Source: Gammaproteobacteria bacterium (GTDB lineage Bacteria; Pseudomonadota; Gammaproteobacteria; UBA4575). Taken from it: a DNA stretch of 64,000 bases. The notes beneath the pieces were generated by a model. The model did no database searches and was not told the origin of the DNA. It saw only the letters and a list, made by a program, of their open reading frames with translations. The stretch's first letter is position 1. Every line of letters begins with the position of its first letter. The position numbers and the translations under genes were made by a program. The stretch lies in NCBI GenBank assembly GCA_045105815.1, contig JBGCDX010000098.1, forward strand, positions 5,440-69,439, given 5' to 3'. Shown one piece after another: positions 18,701 to 27,562 of this stretch.

Positions 18701-19406
18701 ACATCAGCGCTATGCACCTCGCGTGCATGCATTCACGTATTCATTATTTATGATGTATGTGGATTTAGATGAATTACCTACATTATTCAACAAACATTTT
18801 TTATGGGCAGTAAATAAAACCAATTTGGCCTCATTTCATCGCAATGATCATCATGGCGACAATGTGTCTCTTGCTAATTCAATACGTGAGCTAGTTTTTG
18901 ATAAATCTGGAGAAAATGTAGAAGGACCAATTAGACTGCTTACTCACTTTCGTTATTTTGGCTATGTATTCAATCCTATCAGTATGTACTTTTGTTATGA
19001 CGCTGCTGGAGAAAATGTGACCCATGTTGTAGCTGAAGTAATGAATACACCTTGGAAAGAACAACATTGTTATGTGCTGTCAAACAAACAGCATGATCAA
19101 GTTATTTCAGCTAAACATAAAAAAGAATTTCATGTGTCTCCTTTTATGCATATGAATATGGAGTACCACTGGAATATTCATACCCCTGACCAACATATGA
19201 ATATAAATATTGAGAATTGGTCTGATAATAAAATGGTTTTTGATGCATCCATGTACTTAGAAAAGATTGAATTATCCACCTCTAACTTAAGAAATGTTTT
19301 ATTTAATTTTCCTTTAATGACATTAAAGGTTACTACGATGATTCATTTTGAGGCACTAAAACTTTGGATCAAGGGGATCCAATATATACCCCACCCTAAA
19401 AACTAA
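18669..19406 (+). CDS. DUF1365 family protein
   Basis: N-terminus MKSCIYKGRVRHQRYAPRVHAFTYSLFMMYVDLDELP matches the DUF1365 signature. Overlaps the upstream gene by 32 nt. Confidence 0.75.
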   Translation: MKSCIYKGRVRHQRYAPRVHAFTYSLFMMYVDLDELPTLFNKHFLWAVNKTNLASFHRNDHHGDNVSLANSIRELVFDKSGENVEGPIRLLTHFRYFGYVFNPISMYFCYDAAGENVTHVVAEVMNTPWKEQHCYVLSNKQHDQVISAKHKKEFHVSPFMHMNMEYHWNIHTPDQHMNINIENWSDNKMVFDASMYLEKIELSTSNLRNVLFNFPLMTLKVTTMIHFEALKLWIKGIQYIPHPKN

Positions 19407-19418
19407 CAGGTTTCAAGA

Positions 19419-20672
19419 ATGTCGATAGTCCCTAAATATAAAAATACACAAAATATTCGTAGCGAATTGAGCTGGTCTGAACAAATAGTATGCGCAGCTT
19501 TATTTAAAAAACTTGATCTAATTAATGTTGGATTTTTGCAAGTTCATGTAAATGATATTGTCTATGATTTTGGCATCAAAGAGATGCAAACCGAGTTACA
19601 TGCTGTAATTCATGTAATTGATACGCGTGTGTTCAAAGCCATACTATTTGGCGGTGAGCCTGCAGCAGGAAATACATACGTAAAAGGTTGGTGGTCTTCA
19701 GACAACTTAATCAATGTAATGCGTTTATTCACACTAAACCGAGAAGTATTGTTTTCATTTAAATCTGGGTTTGCTTCATTAGCTAAACGCGCTTATGCGA
19801 TAACACATTTTACTAACAAAAATAACCAACAAGGATCAAAGCGAAATATAACTGCTCACTATGATATTGGTAATGACTTATACAAGTTATTTTTAGATGA
19901 AAGCATGATGTACTCTTCCGCATGCTTCACCCGACAACACACAACACTGGAAGATGCCTCAGCGCACAAGCTGAATATAATTTGTGAGAAATTGGAGCTA
20001 AACTCAACTGACCATGTGCTAGAAATTGGTAGCGGCTGGGGTGGCTTTGCCATCTACGCTGCACAACACTACGATTGCAAAGTTACCACAACCACTATTT
20101 CAGATGAGCAGTACTCATATCTGCATGACAAAGTCACTAGCCATAATTTAACAAATAAAATTACAATATTAAAACAAGATTATCGCAACCTTGAAGGCCA
20201 GTATGACAAATTAGTTTCGATTGAAATGATCGAATCTGTAGGACATCAATTCATAAATGAATATTTCTCCATTTGCAGTAGATTACTAAAACCAAATGGA
20301 GCGATGTTAATTCAGGCCATCACTATTTCAGACTATCTGTACGATCACTACATTCAATCAATGGATTTTATACGTAAATATGTTTTTCCTGGTGGCAGCT
20401 TACCAAGCATGTCATCAATGCTTAGCGCTATAGCCAGCAGTAGCGACTTAACCTTATTTCATAGTGAAAGCTATGCGTCCAGTTACGCTAAAACATTAAA
20501 AATTTGGCATCAACGATTTATTACTAATAAAGAAAAAGTAATAGAACTGGGTTATGGAAATGCATTTATTCGCTTATGGGAGTATTACTTAAAGTACTGT
20601 CAAGCAGGTTTTGAAGAAAGAGTTATCGATGTACAACAAATTGTATTAAAGAAACCAGAAAATCGTTTCTAA
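19419..20672 (+). CDS. Cyclopropane-fatty-acyl-phospholipid-synthase-like SAM-dependent methyltransferase
   Basis: 417 aa. SAM motif VLEIGSGWGGFAIYAA. CFA-synthase-type N- and C-terminal regions. Confidence 0.85.
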   Translation: MSIVPKYKNTQNIRSELSWSEQIVCAALFKKLDLINVGFLQVHVNDIVYDFGIKEMQTELHAVIHVIDTRVFKAILFGGEPAAGNTYVKGWWSSDNLINVMRLFTLNREVLFSFKSGFASLAKRAYAITHFTNKNNQQGSKRNITAHYDIGNDLYKLFLDESMMYSSACFTRQHTTLEDASAHKLNIICEKLELNSTDHVLEIGSGWGGFAIYAAQHYDCKVTTTTISDEQYSYLHDKVTSHNLTNKITILKQDYRNLEGQYDKLVSIEMIESVGHQFINEYFSICSRLLKPNGAMLIQAITISDYLYDHYIQSMDFIRKYVFPGGSLPSMSSMLSAIASSSDLTLFHSESYASSYAKTLKIWHQRFITNKEKVIELGYGNAFIRLWEYYLKYCQAGFEERVIDVQQIVLKKPENRF

Positions 20673-20679
20673 ATAAATA

Positions 20680-21231
20680 ATGAAAAATAACTTAAGGTTC
20701 TTAATATTTAACTTTGTTGGACTTCAAGTGACATGGGCCGCATGCGCCTATGGAGCAACCCATTCCTTTCCAACGCTTGGTCTTTATGTAGGTTTAGCAT
20801 ACATAATCTTACATTTTTATTTGAGCAAACAGCGTATACGCGATCTTAAAATTATGCTTATCATAGCTGTAGTTGGAATTATTCTTGATATGATACTTAC
20901 GCAAATAAATATTTTGTCATTCCCAATTGCCACAAATGATTCTTTGATTATTCCTGCATGGTTAATGGCTTTGTGGTTTGTATTCGCCTTAATGGTACCT
21001 TATAGCCTGTATTGGTTAAGTAAAAACTTAAAGATTGCTGCTATTGCTGGAGCCATTGGAGGTAGCTTTAGTTACTTTCTTGGCCACCAACTAGATGCAC
21101 TACAGTTAGCAGAACCTTTAATAATGAGCGTAGGAATTTATTTCCTAAAATGGGGGATTATATTTCCTGCAGCATTACTAGTCGTTAAACACATTACGAA
21201 TAATCAGCTAAACATAAAGACCACTGCCTAA
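20680..21231 (+). CDS. Small polytopic membrane protein (DUF2878-like), last gene of the cluster
   Basis: 183 aa with 4-5 TM helices. Begins 8 nt after the methyltransferase stop. Confidence 0.45.
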   Translation: MKNNLRFLIFNFVGLQVTWAACAYGATHSFPTLGLYVGLAYIILHFYLSKQRIRDLKIMLIIAVVGIILDMILTQINILSFPIATNDSLIIPAWLMALWFVFALMVPYSLYWLSKNLKIAAIAGAIGGSFSYFLGHQLDALQLAEPLIMSVGIYFLKWGIIFPAALLVVKHITNNQLNIKTTA

Positions 21232-21242
21232 AAAAGCCATAC

Positions 21243-21992
21243 TTAAGCTAATAAATCAGCATTCACTATATTTTCAGCAAACCCTTGATATGCATTTTCG
21301 AACTGCTTAGCCATACTGTCTGGAAAAGCATGGAACACTCCCTTCTGAAGCGCTTCAAGAATACTGTCCGCAACTAAACTTGGTGGTTCTGCTATTTCAC
21401 CTATTCCAGCATTGGTAGCCATATCCGTTGCGATTGGCCCAGGATGCACACTTACTACCGTAGTACCTTGCTCTTTCAATAAATCACGTAGCGCTTGAGT
21501 AATTGAATAAGCTGCTGCCTTTGATGCGCTGTAGGTTGCAAATGGGGCAAAACACTTTATTGACGCAAGTGAATTGAGTTGTATGAGCGCTCCCCCACCA
21601 TTCTTTTTCAGCACAGGCGCAAAAGCTTGAGCTATTCTTATTAAACCCGATACATTCATATCCATTTCATACGCCATGCTATCCAATGCATTTACATCTA
21701 AAGGAGTTGTTGTATTGAGCACCCCCGCATTGTTTACAACCATATCCACATCTGACGCATATTGTGCCGCTTGCAAAATCGTTTCAGGCTTTCCCAGATC
21801 TACATGTATCACTTCAACACGATCACCATATTTATCAGTCAAAGCTTTAGCTGACTCTATATTTCTAACTGCTAAATAAACTTTTTTAACACCCGCTTTA
21901 TCTAAAAATGTTTCTGCAATTACTTTTCCTATGCCTCGGTTTGCACCAGTCACCAATGCAGTCTTACCTTCCGTCTCAAACGAAGTCGCCAT
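21243..21992 (-). CDS. SDR family oxidoreductase
   Basis: VTGANRGIGK cofactor motif. Catalytic YSASKAA. Convergent with the cluster. Confidence 0.85.
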   Translation of the reverse strand: MATSFETEGKTALVTGANRGIGKVIAETFLDKAGVKKVYLAVRNIESAKALTDKYGDRVEVIHVDLGKPETILQAAQYASDVDMVVNNAGVLNTTTPLDVNALDSMAYEMDMNVSGLIRIAQAFAPVLKKNGGGALIQLNSLASIKCFAPFATYSASKAAAYSITQALRDLLKEQGTTVVSVHPGPIATDMATNAGIGEIAEPPSLVADSILEALQKGVFHAFPDSMAKQFENAYQGFAENIVNADLLA

Positions 21993-22157
21993 GAAATTCT
22001 CCTTTATTATTTGAATTTGTTATCTCGAAGCACAACTAACCTAGCAGATATACTGTATATAATGGACAAGACTTACACTAAGTCTATTACAAAAATACTA
22101 TACTCTTAACATATTTCGCATACCGTTTATTAATATTGAGAATGATAAATAGAACTT

Positions 22158-22511
22158 ATGAATATTCATGAAAAAATTAATTATGTAGAACTTCCTGCTA
22201 AAAACATAAACGCCACCAAAGCGTTTTTTGAGAAAGCTTTTGGGTGGACATTCACTGACTATGGGCCTGATTATGCAGCTTTTGAAAACCAAGGACTTGA
22301 TGGAGGATTTTTCACGTCAGACCTCATATCTTCAACCCATAATGGCAGTGCGTTAGTGATTTTTTACAGCAATACACTAGAAGAAACTCAAACAAAAATC
22401 GAGAAAGCTGGTGGCACTATAATTCAAGAGATATTTTCTTTCCCAGGTGGAAAACGCTTCCATTTTACAGATCCAAATGGCAATGAATATGCAGTCTGGT
22501 CAGACAAATGA
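22158..22511 (+). CDS. VOC/glyoxalase-bleomycin-resistance family protein
   Basis: 117 aa. Glyoxalase-like beta-alpha-beta-beta-beta module (KAFFEKAFGWTFTDYGPDYAAF). Confidence 0.8.
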   Translation: MNIHEKINYVELPAKNINATKAFFEKAFGWTFTDYGPDYAAFENQGLDGGFFTSDLISSTHNGSALVIFYSNTLEETQTKIEKAGGTIIQEIFSFPGGKRFHFTDPNGNEYAVWSDK

Positions 22512-22649
22512 TAGCTTGGATATCAGCTACTTCATCGTTTAAATACTGCTAGTTATACAAACACATTTATAACTTAACACTCTCCTCTTCTAAAATCATA
22601 GTAAGCGTTTAATTACCTCCACTTACATCATTAAGAAGAAAAACTAGCT

Positions 22650-22898
22650 ATGCTAATACTGTTACAAACTTTATTATACTTAATTGGAATTCTATTCACT
22701 GGATATCTATTGGTAGAAGGCTGGCTAAATCAAGCAGTATGGGTGAAAGGCTGCAGCAAAGGATTGTTTGCCAGTGTAACCGAAATGGAGTCATGGGCGG
22801 CAAAAAAACACCGTAGCTCTGAACCACAAGACTATTGGGGGTTCATGGGATTTTATTGCGTTGCTTTTATGTTTTTTCTTATAGTATTAATATTTTAG
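22650..22898 (+). CDS. Small two-TM membrane protein (hypothetical)
   Basis: 82 aa with hydrophobic ends and a weak RBS. Confidence 0.3.
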   Translation: MLILLQTLLYLIGILFTGYLLVEGWLNQAVWVKGCSKGLFASVTEMESWAAKKHRSSEPQDYWGFMGFYCVAFMFFLIVLIF

Positions 22899-22995
22899 AG
22901 CATGTCATTACTATAAAAATATCTCAGCAGTCACCGAAAAAATTATATTGGAAACTACTATTTGATACTAACTAACACAGCACAGATATCTTAGA

Positions 22996-24912
22996 CTAAG
23001 AACCAATAATATCCCCATCCTTACGCGTAATCACAATAGTAGAATCACGTGGAATAGTGACACCATCAAATGGCGCTGGGAAGTTTGTAAGAACAGGATC
23101 TCCATTACCAGGATGCTGTGTGTTTATAAACATAGTTTTGCGATTTGGCGTTGTAGTAATTCCAGTTATTTCATCACTCGCCACACCAGTGAATAAACGA
23201 CGCAAATCTCCTGTGCTTAAATCTGCGACCAACATCTGATTATTAAGCCCATCCTTTTGCCCACCGTCAGTTTGAATAAACAAGCGGCCATCTGGATCCG
23301 CCCATAAACCATCTGGATTAATGAACGTATCTTCCGTTCCATGTGTAGTTTCTGCAATTAAGTATATATCCCACTTAAAGTGAATTCCGGTGTGTCTTTT
23401 GCTTTCTTTCCAACGAATAATATGACCATCTGCATTGGGTGCCAATGGGTTAGCTGCATTAGCTTCAGTACGTAAACTGTTATTTGTTAATGTGCAATAC
23501 ACAGTCCCACTTGGTCCAACTGTAGTCCACTCAGGCCTATCCATTGGTGTCGCACCCACAATGTCTGCTGCAATACGTGCGTAAGTAAGCACTTCCGCCT
23601 GACTACTGAAACGTTGAGCGATATTAGGATTATCAATTGTAAGCTCTAACCAATCCCCACTACCGTCATCATTAAAACGGGCGGCATATAACTTACCATG
23701 ATCTAACGGGCTTTTGCCTTCGCGGCGCATTTGCCGCCAATTTCCTTCAGATACAAACTTATAAATATAATCAAAACGTTGATCATCGCCCATGTATCCT
23801 ACAACGCAGCCACCTAAACCAACCGTAAGTGCAATACCTTCATGCTTTATTCGACCAAGTGCAGTGCGTTTAACAGGTATAGAGGTTCCATCAAAAGGAT
23901 CAATTTCAACGACCCAACCAAAGCGGTTTTCCTCATTCTGGAAGTCAGGATCAGACAAATCAAAACGTTTATCAAAGTTTTGCCAACCATATCCAAATCC
24001 TCGTTCCGAAAAACCATAACGCTCTTGTTCTGTTGTTGGCAACCAAGAATTATTTTGATTAGTCACACCAAAATAACCATTGAAGTTTTCTTCACACGTT
24101 AGATAAGTACCCCAAGGCGTATAACCGTTGGCACAATTATTTACCGTGCCTAATGGACTGTTTCCGTTTGGAGTAGCAAGTAAATCGGATTCTGCAACGG
24201 GGCCACTAAACTCTACCGGTGTATTTACATGAATACGTCTTGCAAAAACACTCTTAACTTGACGCCATTGTCCTTGATGTTTTTTTAGCTCTACAACTGA
24301 TACACCATGGGCATGCTGCATTACACGCACATCTTCAAGACTGTCCGGTAGATTTTTACCTAATACATGTGATGTCCTGCCAAATTCATGGTTAACACAC
24401 AGCACACCATTGCGGTTACCGCCTTTGTAAGCATCTTTATTAGTATTTCTGATCCAGTCTAGATCGTCATCCCAATCCAAATCATCATTCCAACCACAAC
24501 GAGGCTTACTTGAATCCTTAACCGGAAAGTAATGCATGCCATCATGTCCGATTCCAATTTGCTTAGCTTGATCAGTCGCATTGGGTGGGTAGTTATATGC
24601 TGGACCTCCTGGCTCTAATGGCTCGCCCCATGGGATCAGCACATCCCATTGATATTCAGGCGCAATACTGGGCCATGGGCCAGTACCTTCTGCAACTGTC
24701 ACAGGAGTAAAGCCAACTTTAGCACCACAATGACTCCCAGCAAATGCTGCGAAAGATGCTGTCGCGAAAAATGCGGTAGAAGCTGCACCTAACCCCCCTT
24801 TTAATAGAGTACGCCTAGATAGGTTAACCTCTAAAACTTTAGCAAATGGGATATTTGTGGAATAATTGCAAACAACTTCATCACTGAGATCTTGTTTAAT
24901 TACTCGAGACAT
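22996..24912 (-). CDS. phoX: PhoX-family alkaline phosphatase (Tat-secreted, DUF839 beta-propeller)
   Basis: 638 aa. Twin-arginine motif SRRTLLKGGLGAASTAF. Size and the Gly/Asp/Trp-rich propeller repeats are typical of PhoX. Confidence 0.8.
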   Translation of the reverse strand: MSRVIKQDLSDEVVCNYSTNIPFAKVLEVNLSRRTLLKGGLGAASTAFFATASFAAFAGSHCGAKVGFTPVTVAEGTGPWPSIAPEYQWDVLIPWGEPLEPGGPAYNYPPNATDQAKQIGIGHDGMHYFPVKDSSKPRCGWNDDLDWDDDLDWIRNTNKDAYKGGNRNGVLCVNHEFGRTSHVLGKNLPDSLEDVRVMQHAHGVSVVELKKHQGQWRQVKSVFARRIHVNTPVEFSGPVAESDLLATPNGNSPLGTVNNCANGYTPWGTYLTCEENFNGYFGVTNQNNSWLPTTEQERYGFSERGFGYGWQNFDKRFDLSDPDFQNEENRFGWVVEIDPFDGTSIPVKRTALGRIKHEGIALTVGLGGCVVGYMGDDQRFDYIYKFVSEGNWRQMRREGKSPLDHGKLYAARFNDDGSGDWLELTIDNPNIAQRFSSQAEVLTYARIAADIVGATPMDRPEWTTVGPSGTVYCTLTNNSLRTEANAANPLAPNADGHIIRWKESKRHTGIHFKWDIYLIAETTHGTEDTFINPDGLWADPDGRLFIQTDGGQKDGLNNQMLVADLSTGDLRRLFTGVASDEITGITTTPNRKTMFINTQHPGNGDPVLTNFPAPFDGVTIPRDSTIVITRKDGDIIGS

Positions 24913-25097
24913 GCAGTAGCCCTCTCTTCAGATTTCAAATTCATTAGGGCTTTAACCTTGTTTTTCACTTGTTTAATAATTTCTACCGTAATATTAATTA
25001 TAACCTACCATCTTGTTAACCTTATTTGACGATTAACAAAAAAAGATTGGCTAGTGGACTTATAAGACAATAAATAGCTAGATATATATCAGACACT

Positions 25098-25595
25098 TTA
25101 CTTATTTTTTTTGCGCCACTCCCATGGTTTGACTCTTTGTTTTTCAGGTAACTTCCATATACCTTTTCTTTTTTTCTCTGCTTGTGCTTGGTAATCGAAT
25201 AACTTTTTTGAGACTGCATATCTCTCATACACATAAGCATAGCCATTTTTCACAAGCTCACCATTAACCCAAGTCTCTCCCATATAAACATGCCCAACTA
25301 CTCGACCATATTGATCACGATCAAACTCTTCCACCACTACTTCTTTACCTGCCACATAGTTTTTTAATGCTTGGCGCGATTGTTTCCAAAAAGGTTGCTT
25401 ATGTTCAGGTGCATCAATTTCAGCTAACCGCACACGAACTTCCCGACCTTGCTGTATGATATTAATGGAATCACCATCTAATACTTTAATAACTCTACCT
25501 TCATAGGTTTCTGCAAAATTAAAATTATCACACGCACTCAACCACAGTACTGATACTAGAAAAAGTACCGAAAGATATATTTTAATTTTATTCAC
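25098..25595 (-). CDS. Secreted thermonuclease (SNase/micrococcal-nuclease-like) lipoprotein
   Basis: GTG start. Lipobox LWLSAC. SNase core VRLAEIDAPE...GRVVGHVY. Confidence 0.85.
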   Translation of the reverse strand: MNKIKIYLSVLFLVSVLWLSACDNFNFAETYEGRVIKVLDGDSINIIQQGREVRVRLAEIDAPEHKQPFWKQSRQALKNYVAGKEVVVEEFDRDQYGRVVGHVYMGETWVNGELVKNGYAYVYERYAVSKKLFDYQAQAEKKRKGIWKLPEKQRVKPWEWRKKNK

Positions 25596-25623
25596 GCCTG
25601 CAAAATAACCCGTATTGAAACAC

Positions 25624-26997
25624 CTAACATGAATTTAAAGAACGACTATTTTGCAATTTACCAATATAAAACGAACCACAACCTATGATTAAAATTATTA
25701 GCGATATTAATAACAGTTTAGTGTATTTATGCAAATCACCCAGCCACTGGGTATAACCTGAAGACTCAAGAAAATATAAACCTGCACCCAATATTGCTGT
25801 AACAAAAGCTAATAAATAGCTCCATTTAGGAATTACTTTTTGATTGCCAAATATACAAAAAAATACAACAGGAGCTAAAAATAATGAAGCCGTACCACTA
25901 ACCGCTACTGCACTAAAAAGATCTTGATTGCCAAAAAACACGCACAACAAACCCAGCAACATAAACACCAGCATAATCATGCGTCCATTTTTAACACTCG
26001 TGCCTACAAGCTTCATATCTACAGCAATTAATTTTGCAGAACTGGATAGCGTACTATCAAGTGTAGACATTGCTGAAATCACCAATGTGGCACTAAATAG
26101 TAGCATTGGCCATTCGCCTAATAAGCCCATCAACACAGTATTCATTGACTCACCTTCACTGGCATGTGCCCCTGCCCAAACCCCTAAACAACCAAATATT
26201 ACAATACATATAATACTAATCCAGGCTGCATGATAAAAACTTTTCCGAGTAGTCTCTCTGTCTGCTATAAAACCTCGGTCCATCATTACTGGATCATGCA
26301 TCGGATAACTCCAAATTTGCAGCAAAGCTACCAGCATAAGAACTGGGCCAGGTTGATCAAACTGAAATTCTTTAAACGTTAAATCTGAAATCGAAAACTG
26401 ACCACCACCCAATACAATAATTAGCAGCATCAAGAGAACAAATACGAAAATACTCATCTGTAATACATCTGTTTTCAAAGATGCATGCAATCCACCCAAC
26501 ATTGAATAAAGTAATGTGACTGCAGAAAAAGCAATTATGGCTAATACATATGCGTTGGAACCCGCCATTCCAAATAATAATCCTATTACTAATAAATTTG
26601 CGAACACTTCACTTATTAAGCGAATTACAATAATAACGTTATAGCAAGCCACGCCCATACGCCCAAATCGAGCTTGCAAGAATTCTTGTACGCTTCCAAA
26701 ACCTTGCTCAAAACGTAATTGATCTACAATTTTCCCACCCGTTAAAAATGACAAGTAATACAGCGCATAAGCGAGTGTTCCCCACAGACCATAATAATAT
26801 CCAAGAATTGCAGCGTTCATTAATGAACGTGCAAATATCCAAGTGGTAACTTGGGAAAACGTTAGGGTAAGTAAACTAGGAGCATCACCTTGTGGCGACA
26901 ATCCGGAATAAAATGAGTTTACTGTTTTTGCAATAGGTGCAAAAACAATAGATAACATAGCGATAACACCCGCTATCGCGATTAACGCATATTCCAT
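25624..26997 (-). CDS. Sodium:solute symporter (SSS) family transporter
   Basis: 457 aa with about 12-13 TM helices. SSS-like N-terminal half. Lies 28 bp upstream of the nuclease gene on the same strand. Confidence 0.6.
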   Translation of the reverse strand: MEYALIAIAGVIAMLSIVFAPIAKTVNSFYSGLSPQGDAPSLLTLTFSQVTTWIFARSLMNAAILGYYYGLWGTLAYALYYLSFLTGGKIVDQLRFEQGFGSVQEFLQARFGRMGVACYNVIIVIRLISEVFANLLVIGLLFGMAGSNAYVLAIIAFSAVTLLYSMLGGLHASLKTDVLQMSIFVFVLLMLLIIVLGGGQFSISDLTFKEFQFDQPGPVLMLVALLQIWSYPMHDPVMMDRGFIADRETTRKSFYHAAWISIICIVIFGCLGVWAGAHASEGESMNTVLMGLLGEWPMLLFSATLVISAMSTLDSTLSSSAKLIAVDMKLVGTSVKNGRMIMLVFMLLGLLCVFFGNQDLFSAVAVSGTASLFLAPVVFFCIFGNQKVIPKWSYLLAFVTAILGAGLYFLESSGYTQWLGDLHKYTKLLLISLIILIIGCGSFYIGKLQNSRSLNSC

Positions 26998-27562
26998 TAT
27001 TGTGATCTAATTTGGCTTAAGTAAGATTATTTGAGAATTGTGCCTACTATAGACAGGAATAACATGTGTTTAATTACACAGTCATTTTAAAAATGATTAA
27101 CCTTTAACGTAGAAATTGCGTTGCTTAAAGCCTCAATAAAAGATGTATAGGTTAAAGTGCAATCAAATCAGAAGTGGCCAGTTCAAACATCAACATAGAA
27201 GGACATTATAAAAAACGCCTTATTGTCTATTTAGTAGGCAAAACTTTAACTTTAAATTAAATAATCTCCACAAATAGACTGAGCGCAAACATTTTTAATT
27301 TACTAAGATCAATATAAATCCAAATTATTTAACTTACGTCTTTTTCTTAATCTATTACATTAACTATTTTCAAAGTAAAGTTTTTTCTCAACTATTTCCT
27401 TAAAAATGGTACACCTATTTTGCTTAATGTAATAAAATTGTCAAAAGTTTGTCGAAAAAAATAGCATTAAACAATAATTAACAAGGGCTTAATGTAGGCA
27501 AATCTAATTAAAATAATTAATACCAACTACCTTATAAAAATAACCCGCTTGAGAGAATAAAG

